This document shows, in pieces, positions 54,474 through 64,000 of a DNA stretch of 64,000 nt. Position numbers and translations under genes: made by a program. The stretch comes from Octopus vulgaris (taxonomy: Eukaryota), in contig OX597822.1 in the NCBI GenBank assembly GCA_951406725.2, positions 14,260,001 through 14,324,000 on the forward strand. The letters run 5' to 3'. Position 1 is the first letter of the stretch; every line of letters begins with the position of its first letter. The notes under the pieces were generated by a model that did not search any database, was not told the DNA's origin, and saw only the letters and a list, made by a program, of their open reading frames with translations.

Positions 54474-55909
54474 TAATAGTGGTGGTAGTATTAGTAGTAG
54501 TAGTAGCAGTACCCCAAATATTAGTACTTTTTTTATTAGTAGTATTGACAAGTGATGGCCCAGCTGGTTGTAATAGTAGTAGTAGCAGTAGCAGGAATGG
54601 TAGTATACCAGATGTAAGTAGTACTTTTACAACTAGTAATCGCAGAAACAGTAGTAAAGGCCTGGCTGGTAATAGTAGTAGAGGTAGTAGTAGTAGTTGT
54701 CGCGGTTCTTGTACTTGTAGTAGGAATGACAGTAAAACGCTGGAAAAGGTGATCGGTGATGGGTGGCGGTGGTGGTGGTCGATGAACATGTAAGTGACAA
54801 ACGAATTAGTAGCGCAGTGTGGGGCCGTGAAACAGCTGGAGTCAGGGTCGACACACGACCAAGTATGGTGGAGGGCAGCGGGGGGTGGGGTGGCTGGGGC
54901 TGTGGCAGGTTGGGATAGGAATTAGACGGGGAAGAATGGGGTGGTCACGGTGGTGGGTTTTGGGGGGAGAGAGAGAGTGAGGGGAAGGGACAGAAGGATA
55001 GAGGAGAGAGAGAGAGAGAGAGTGAAGGCAAAAAGGAGGAGGAGGAGGAGGAGCAGAGAAGAAGAAGAAGAAGAAGAAGAAGGGAAAGAAGAAGTGTGGG
55101 TGAGATAGGATGAGAGGGAACGAGGTGTTCCATGCGAAATAAGACGGAAGAAAGAGAATGAGCTTAGGATGGGTGGATGGGGTGGAGTCTATGTAATGGT
55201 ATTCGTGTTGTTATTATTGTTTTTGTTGGTGATGGTGGCAGCATTTATTAAGTGTCGTACCATCCTGGTGGTTAGGTAGCAAATTTTAGGGACGTGCGGG
55301 TGGTCGATTACATCGACCCTAGCGGCTTCATTTGGCACTTTGTATTATCGACGCCAAAATGATGAAAGAGAAAAAGAATAATGATATTCATAACCTAAAT
55401 TATGTGTAAATATATGGATGCAATGTATAATTAGAAATACGATTGATTAACATCAAAATGCCTAGCATTTTAATACCAATATTTGTATTGAACGAAGGCG
55501 CCGAGCTGGCAGAATCGTTAAGACGCCGGGCAAAATGTTTAGAGGCATTACGTTCGTCTTTAATGTGCTGAGTTCAAATTCCGTCGAGGTCGACTTTGCT
55601 TTTCATCCTTTCGTGGTCGATAAAATAGGTACCAGACTAGAACTGGAATCGATTTGATCAACTTACCCACGCCTCCTCCAAAATTGCTGGCCTTGTGCCA
55701 ATGTTTGAAACTAGTGTTCGTATCGAAATGCATTTTGCATATAAACTCGCGTATATATCTATATCTATGTGTGTGTATGTGTGTGTGTGTGTGTGTGTGT
55801 GACGAATAGAAAGGGGTGTTCAACAGAGAAAGGCTTTTCTATAAATGGAGCTGCGATCATCAGCGTCTACCATAACAAAATATGTGTATATGTATATATA
55901 AGGTGTATT

Positions 55910-55951
<42 letters not shown>

Positions 55952-55954
<3 letters not shown>

Positions 55955-56098
55955 CTGTGTGATGAGTAGGTTGCTAACCAGCAACATGGTTCCCGGGTTC
56001 ACTATCACTTCGTTGCACCTTGGGCAAGTGTCTTCTATTATAGCCTCGGGCTGATCAAAGCCTCTTTGATTGTTAGACGGAAACTGAAAGAAGCCCGT

Positions 56099-56145
<47 letters not shown>

Positions 56146-56240
56146 ATGTATGTATGTATGTATATATTTGTGTGTCTGTGTTTGTCCCCCACCACATCGC
56201 TTGACAACTGAAGTCGCTGTTTACGTCCACGTAACTTAGG
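55952..56240 (+). mobile_element. SINE family A, truncated at the mariner-derived element
   Basis: Head and body present. The tail is missing after GTAACTTAG. Confidence 0.8.
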
Positions 56241-56246
56241 GGACCA

Positions 56247-57088
56247 CTCTTCCTGTGCAAGCGACAAAATTTTCGTGCCGGTAGGCAGCGTTAGTTGACA
56301 ACTAGAGTACAGATGAAAGCAGCGAGTCCAAACGTTGCATCAAATTTTGCCAAAAGCGTGGTGATGCTCATCCAGATGTTTCAGCGTGCCTTTGGCGATG
56401 ATGCCATGGGCAAAAATCAGATCAAGGAATGGTACAGCCGCTTCAAACATGGCCCCCATCCTCAGTGGAGAGCGAGGCACGCTCAGGTAGGCTATCCACA
56501 AGCCGAAATGAGGAACCGATTGAGAAGGTTCGGCGAATGATCGTGGAGGACCGCCGTGTAACAATCCAGGAAATAACTCACGAAGTGGGAATAAACACAG
56601 GAGGACTGCATTCCGTTTTAACGGAGGATTTGTGCACGCGGAGAGTGTCGGCAAAATTCGCCCCCAAAGAACTTGCAGGACACCAGAAGCAACTTTATAT
56701 AGAAATCGGTCAGAACAGACTGGACTGTGCAAACCAAGACCCAAACTTTACGAAGACCCTTATCACTGGTGATCAGACATGGGTTCCTAGTCTCTGCTCA
56801 ACGCGTTCGATGATCTTGCGTAAAAACGAAAATCCGATGAATGAGCATTACGCATGTGGATGGCCTACCTGAGGATGGGGGCCATGTTTGAAGTGGTTGT
56901 ACTATTCTTTGATCTGAGTTTTTGCCCATGGCATCATCGCCAAAGGCACGCTGAAACATCTGGATGAGCATCACCACGCTTTTGGCAAAATTTGATGCAA
57001 CATTTGGACTCGCTGCTTTCATCTGTACTCTAGTTGTCAACTAACGCCGCCTACCGGCACGAAAGTTTTGACGCTTGCACAGGAAGAG
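56247..57088 (+). mobile_element. Fold-back mariner derivative with ~235-250-bp inverted arms
   Basis: Transposase N-half (AFGDDAM..WYSRFK, RSGR.STS, EDRRVTIQE, RVSAKFAPKEL, ITGDQTW). Arm 56247-56499 is repeated in inverted orientation at 56855-57088. Confidence 0.88.
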
Positions 57089-57314
57089 CGACTTCAGTAG
57101 AATATCACCTGATGAACTGGCTGGTGGAGAACAATTCGAATTTATTGTTGCCTTATAAAATATCTAACGGACTCGTATTCCAATTAAACCCCTCTATGGA
57201 AACGTGTGTAGTAAACCATTTGTCTTTCTGTAGTGTATATATATAAAATTAAAACCAGTGGCCTAGCATATTTTTAAAACATCCGAAGATTAAGAATTTT
57301 CTTACATAAAACAT

Positions 57315-57554
57315 TTAGAGGACTGACCACTAAAAGTGGACAGCCTGTATGTTAGATATAGACACAAAATCGCCATTTTCCACAAAGAATGTACTCGTTT
57401 TCTATTTCGTATTTTTTCATTTGTCTTGCTTATTTTTAAACTTTGGTTTTTTGCTGAATTTTTTCTTGATAACACATTCTTCGTGGAAAATGGCGATTTT
57501 GACGTTTATATCTAGCATACAGGCTGTCCACTTTTAGTGGTCAGTCCTCTAAAT
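57315..57554. repeat. ~77-bp inverted repeats around an ~85-bp T-rich spacer
   Basis: TTTAGAGGACTGACCACTAAAAGTGGACAGCCTGTATG...AAAATCGCCATTTTCCAC and its reverse complement. Confidence 0.85.
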
Positions 57555-57564
57555 TTTGTATATA

Positions 57565-57612
<48 letters not shown>

Positions 57613-57783
57613 ACAAAATATTAAGGAAAGACCCTTACAGGTCATTCGACTCACTTGAAAAGAGCAGCCCAAACTCAAACCGCAAAAATAGTAGTAATTC
57701 TGAAAGCTAAAGGAGAAATAAAAACGTTTATTCTTTTCAACTTTGTACCCTGCAAGGTTTCAACAATTTTTACGCAATCGAAC

Positions 57784-57830
<47 letters not shown>

Positions 57831-58289
57831 TATATGTATATATATATATGTGTGTGTATGTGTGTGTGTATACACCCGCACGCACACACACACGCATACA
57901 TATATATTTGTCCCTACCTTCGAAACGCGGAGTAGATAGAATAGGGGACAACTGATGAAGGGAATGTTCTTTATGTTGCCTGTCTCGTTTCTCTGTTTCA
58001 TTCGTTGTTCGAAAAATGTTCGTTTTCCAAGTTTTTGTTTTTTTATGTTCTCGTTTTTCATTTTGTTAACGTTTTTTGACGTCCTGTACCCATATATGCA
58101 TGTATATATACATATATATATATGTAGGTATGTACATATATATATATGTGTATATGCATATATTTATATATCATTTATATTATTATATGATCGAACGCCA
58201 CGCATCCATTTCCAACTAAGTTATATCTTATATATTTATATATATATACATATATACATATATGTATGTACATACATACGTGCATACGT

Positions 58290-58652
58290 GAAGGCGCATG
58301 GGCTCAGTGAAGGCGCATGGCTCAGTGGTTAGAGCATCGAGCTTACGATCGTGAGGTTGTGAGCTCGAATCCCGGACCGGGCTGCGTGTTGTGTTCTTTG
58401 AGCAAGGCACTTTATTTCACGTTGCTCCAGTTCACTCAGCTGTAGAAATGAGTTGCGACGTCACTGGTGCCAAACTGTATCGATCTTTGTCTTTCCCTTG
58501 GATAACACTGGTGGCGTGGAGAGGGGAGGCTGGTATGCATGGGCGACTGCTGGTCTTCCATAAACAACTTTGCCCGGACTTGTGTCTAGGAGGGTAACTT
58601 TCTAGGTGCAATCCCATGGTCATTCATGACCGAAGGGGGTCTTTACCCTTTT
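58290..58652 (+). mobile_element. SINE family C variant with a duplicated 5' end
   Basis: GAAGGCGCATGG(G)CTCAGTG occurs twice. tRNA A/B boxes and a (CTTTAC)-like tail. Confidence 0.8.
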
Positions 58653-58660
58653 ACCTTTAC

Positions 58661-58735
<75 letters not shown>

Positions 58736-58842
58736 CACGCAAAGACACACACACACAAACACACTTATTTATATACATACATATGCACACACTCATACAT
58801 ATATATTTACAAGCCTGCCATATCTATCTATCTATCTATCTA

Positions 58843-59304
58843 TGTCTAGCGAATGTTTTAAAAAAAGATGGGTGAATGTAGCAAGAATGGTACGTATGAA
58901 TGACGAAGCCACCTTGAGCATAGTCCTATGAACCCAGAAATCGAAAACAGAGAGTTGCTTATTTGCAAAAAAAAAAAAAAGAAATATAAAATGTGACATC
59001 ATTGACCGAGGTTACCGTGGTCTTTTCCGTAGGCTTTTCTTTGCACGGGTAAACCTCACCTGTCCTCCCCTTTACACTTCATATTGACATTTCTGTGATA
59101 ACGATCCCTATTGATCAATTTTTTTTCCTCCCCCCTTTTTTAAACCCCCTTTTTTTTGTCCTCTTTCTCTCCTTTTACGATCCCTTTTGATCGAAACTCC
59201 CCCTTCCTTTTTTTTTTTTTTTTTTTCTTAAACCTTCAAAAGAAAAGCTCTACCTTGTAATTTGTTCTATCTGTGTGCAGCCCTGTGTGGCTAATAAAGA
59301 AACA

Positions 59305-59305
<1 letters not shown>
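58843..59305 (+). mobile_element. 5'-truncated Tx1-clade LINE inside (TATC)n, copy 3
   Basis: Near-identical 3' UTR to 31981-32605, with TATC repeats on both sides. Confidence 0.88.
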
Positions 59306-59359
<54 letters not shown>

Positions 59360-59813
59360 ATCTCTACCTATCTATCTAAACACACGCACACACACATTTA
59401 TACGCTTGCGTGTGCACTTAATGGCACATGTGTATAAGGGAACACGTGAACGGTGGTGACACCTGGGTGTAAGTATGTCTCCCTATTCGTCCCCTTGTTT
59501 TTGTTCTTACGCTTCATATTCTTGATATCATCACTGGGTGTTAGTCTTTGTTCCATTTACCCTAGGGTTAAAGGTAAATACGATCAACAACAACAACAAC
59601 AAAAGCAATAGAAATGTTAGCATCGACAATAACGAAATTAAGAACCACAGCAACAACAAGAACAACAACAGATATAACGATAATAAAGTATTTAACGTAA
59701 TAAAAAAATGGAAGGGAAACACAACAAAATATAACAACGATATATATACAACCCATACAATACTCTGTGTGAGTGTGCGTTTATTTGTGTGCGTGAGCGT
59801 TTATTTGTGTGCG

Positions 59814-60018
59814 CTAGCACGCCGGGCGAAATGCTTTGCAGTATTTCGTCCGCCGCTGCGTTCTGAGTGCAAATTCCGCCGGGATCGACTTTGCCTTTCA
59901 TCCTTCCGGGGTCGATAAATTAAGAACCAGTTATGTACTAGGGTCGATGTAATCGACTTAATCCGTTTGTCTGTCCTCGTTTGTCCCCTCTGTGTTTAGC
60001 CCCTTGTGGGTAGTAAAG

Positions 60019-60023
<5 letters not shown>
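59814..60023 (+). mobile_element. SINE family B with Tx1-type tail followed by (TA)n
   Basis: Tail TTGTCTGTCCTCGTTTGTCCCCTCTGTGTTTAGCCCCTTGTGGGTAGTAAAGAAAT. Confidence 0.9.
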
Positions 60024-60076
<53 letters not shown>

Positions 60077-60086
<10 letters not shown>

Positions 60087-60186
60087 TTATTACTATTTAG
60101 AAGAAGCAAGACAGTGACTCAAGGTCCGAGAGTCTCGGCCACTGAGTCACTCTGTTGCTTCTACTAAATAGTAATAAATACACACA
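60077..60186. repeat. ~110-bp near-perfect palindrome
   Basis: GTATTTATTACTATTTAG..AGAAGCAA..AGTGACTCA..CCGAGA is mirrored around 60132. Confidence 0.88.
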
Positions 60187-60240
60187 TATACTCATATTTT
60201 GAGTTTTATTTTCCCTCACATTTTCCTATATATATATATA

Positions 60241-60275
<35 letters not shown>

Positions 60276-60278
<3 letters not shown>

Positions 60279-60480
60279 CACTTGTTTCAGTCATTTGAAT
60301 ACGGCCATGCTGGAGCACTGCCTTGAAGGATTTATTAATGGAATGAATCGACCCCACGACTTATTTTCTTAAGCCTAGTACTTATTCTATTCCTTTCTTC
60401 TGTCGAACCGCTACGTTACAGGGACGTTAACACACCAACACGAGTTGTGAAGCGGCGATGGGGCGACAAACACAGACACA

Positions 60481-60524
<44 letters not shown>

Positions 60525-60685
60525 TAGAACGGGCTTATTTGAGTTTCTGCCTACCGAATCCACTCACAAGGCTTTGGTCGGCCCGAGTGTGTAGGAGAAG
60601 GCAGTTGCCTAAGGTGCCACGCAGTGGGATTGAACCTGGACCCATGTGGTTGAGAAGCAAGCTTCTTACCGCACCGCTACGTCTA
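60276..60685 (-). mobile_element. SINE family A (further degenerate copies at ~60760-61345 + and ~62520-62810 -)
   Basis: Family A motifs in reverse complement. Confidence 0.82.
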
Positions 60686-60894
60686 TATATAAGTAAATAT
60701 GTGCAATGGCATACAGAAAAATTTAGAGGGTAACTTGTACTTTGTTTAAGGATGTTGCAAGGTATGGCTGTGTGGTTAAAATGCTTGGTTTGTAACAGGT
60801 GGTACCAGTTTCAATTCCACTGCGCGGCACCTTGCGCAAGTGTCTCCTGCAATATCCCCGGATTTGGTAGACGGAATTCGAAAGAAGCCTGCCA

Positions 60895-60965
<71 letters not shown>

Positions 60966-61046
60966 TTATCCGTCTTTTTGTCTGTCTATACACACATGCT
61001 TATAGGTACATATATGTATATTTATATACACATAAATATATATATA

Positions 61047-61079
<33 letters not shown>

Positions 61080-61087
61080 GTATAACG

Positions 61088-61126
<39 letters not shown>

Positions 61127-61923
61127 ATAACGTATATATATATATATATATATATATCTTTGTGTTTGTCCCCAGAACCGCTAGATAATCGGTGGTACTT
61201 GGTTTACTCTTTCATAAAGTAGTGGTTCGACAAAAACGAACGACAGACTTAAAATCTACTGCTGTGGGTTTATTCAACCGAAACCTTTGAAGACGGTGCC
61301 CCATTATAATCGCGCTCTAATGACCGAGGCAATTAAAAGATAAATAACCAGAACAATATACAATCAAATACAGATGGATCCTTGATGTAGTCGTTCGATC
61401 TGTTAAAGACAACAATTAAATTGGTCTTTAGATCTTGTCGTACCGTTATAGAAAAGGAGATGACACATGAGAAAAACTAGGGACAGACACTAACTGAATA
61501 ACGAATGTATAAATGATATTGTGAGCTGGTCATGGCCGGAACGCTTCTGTTGATTCTGAGCGAAACAGCAACAAAACGAAAGAGCAACAACAACAACAAC
61601 GTCAGCAACAACGACATCAACAACAACAACGAAAACAAATTCATCGCCCTAGCTACAGCAACCTCCGTCTTCGTCACCATTGTCGTCGTCGTCATTGTCA
61701 TCGACAGTGTTGACAATGTCGTCATGACGATGACAACAATACGTATACCAGCAAAGCAAGATAGACATTTTAGAAAAATCGATCGGTATATTAACACCCA
61801 GGCCCCACTCCCCCATCAGACCACCTAAATTACAAGCCGTTACCCCATCCTAACAGACACGGTGACAGCTGGTCAGGTAAACGAACTGCGCATCAGAATA
61901 AACCGAGATCACCAGATGTGATG

Positions 61924-62027
<104 letters not shown>

Positions 62028-63810
62028 ACACACACACACACATACACACACACACACATACACACACATATGCATGTATCTATGTATATGGACTTATGCA
62101 TGAAAATATTTATTCTCAGGTACATATATATATGTATGTATTTATATCTATGTATTTATAATTAGGTATATATGTGTGTGTGTGCGCGCGTACGCGTATG
62201 CGTGTGTTTGTATGTGCACACATTCATACAAACATATGCATGAACGCACACACATACTCACGCATATAGATAAATTCATAAATTAAAAAGGTTCTCATTG
62301 AATTGTTGCATTTTTCGATTCTTACTTTTGGTTTCATAAAATCTCTTCGAATGAAATAATCCAGACTAAACGTCCTTGACCAATAAGAATCGATCTGATT
62401 AAATTCTTCTAAGGAGCGGCTTTACTGGTGAATTTTAGTTTCCTTCCATTTTCAAGGAATCGCATCGCAGAAATCACAGACGCATTTTGAGAGGGTGTGA
62501 AGCCATCTACTGCCTCTTACGTGTTTCGGTGATTAGCCAGCGGCCATGTTGGGACATCGTCTTGAACAAATTTTAGTCGAATGACTCAACCCCAGCACTT
62601 ATTTTTTAAAAAGACCTGTTGCTTTTCCTATCAGTCTATTTTGCCGAACCTTTAGATTACAAGAACGTAAACACACAAACACCGGTTGTTAAACGGTGGT
62701 GGTGGGGTAAATGCAGACACAAACGCACACATATATAAACGACGGGCTTCTTGCAGTTTCCGTCCACCAAATCCACTCACACACAACCAGACCTGCTCCT
62801 GCACTTTGCAAATTTATCCAATACGATATCGTGAACTTTTGTTCAGCTTTTTGAAAATGACATCGTTTGAAAATCCTGCACTTCGGAAAATAATTCACAA
62901 CAGTTAGTGATCTAAGTACTAGAGTAGTGAAAAACCATGAACACTTCTTCTGGGTTAAACAGAACAGTAATCCACAGATCGGCTTTATCATGGAGTTCAC
63001 AATACATCTTTTACACAGCCTCTTTATCAACGGCTGTATTACAATTGTCAAACTCCATCCACTTGTCCATCTAGTGGATCATGCCTCTCTTCAGGCCTAG
63101 TATCGCCCTGATAAAGAATTTAGAGGACGTTATAATGGACAGCTGTACACATTTAATATTAAGAATAAAGAAAATCCAGTTTTAAACCTCGATTTATGTA
63201 AAACCATAGGGACCTAGAACACGAGCATCCTACTGCATCTTGGAATATTTTCGGCAGGGCCACTCCATATTCCAACAATCACATATATGTACCTAAAATC
63301 GCATGATTTCCCAAAATAGACAAACCGTCTAAAAGTTTTCCAGAAGGAATATCTGTTCGTAGAGGAGATTCTGGCAGGAGAAATTTCAGCATTACGAGAT
63401 AAGTCACTTGAATTTGAGAAAGTGTTGAATATAAGAAACGAGAGATGTTACTTTATCAATGAATATATTACTCCGACGTAGTAGACACCTGAGAGTTTAA
63501 TGGTCGGGATGTAAACTTGTTGCACTTCCCGACACGTGATCGGTCTTGATTAATAAAATTTAACCTTACTGAAGACCCAATGAGGAGTAGGATGAGGTTG
63601 TTCTACCAGAAACTCGTGATTAAATCTCCTTTGATGGATCGCATTTGAAAGATCAGGCTTGTACTACTTTCTATGAGTATCAAACATTTTCTATGACTTC
63701 AACAGCAACGACTGGCTCTACGTCACTATTAGTGGCAATCATTATCTCTTCTTTTTGGCAAAACATTGCAAACTGCTTTATGTTTTAATGTTACACACAC
63801 AAATACACAC

Positions 63811-63923
<113 letters not shown>

Positions 63924-63943
63924 TTATATATATATATATATAT

Positions 63944-63986
<43 letters not shown>

Positions 63987-64000
63987 ATGAAATGGATAAA

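Noticed and set aside
54319-54793. 156-aa and 104-aa ORFs
   Set aside because: Built from (AGT)n, (AAT)n and (AAG)n repeats with no recognisable domain.
63050-63760. Possible minus-strand LINE RT relic
   Set aside because: No convincing motif could be read by eye. It needs a translated search.

Overview
This is AT-rich, microsatellite-saturated animal DNA. The repeat landscape (tRNA-derived SINEs with internal TA/CA tracts, Penelope, Dong/R4, Tx1, CR1 and mariner relics) suggests a coleoid cephalopod, probably Octopus; this is inference. It holds one host gene, an apparently intronless Fer3/FERD3L-type bHLH factor (20840-22288, +). Nearly all other ORFs in the track are translated microsatellites. 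The main discovery candidate is a network of apparently target-specific non-LTR retrotransposons with non-autonomous partners. (1) A full-length Tx1-clade LINE with an intact 1133-aa ORF2 sits inside the tRNA head of a young SINE, with a 16-bp target-site duplication (TSD). (2) A sister Tx1 family occurs three times, always inside (TATC)n. (3) A SINE subfamily carries a Tx1-derived 3' tail with a shared terminal stem-loop and twice joins another copy of its own family at the same nucleotide. (4) A ~550-bp non-coding (TAA)n-tailed element forms reciprocal chimeras with Dong/R4 elements. Several palindromes, hairpins and local duplications are also reported. All alignments were made by eye, so repeat boundaries are approximate.
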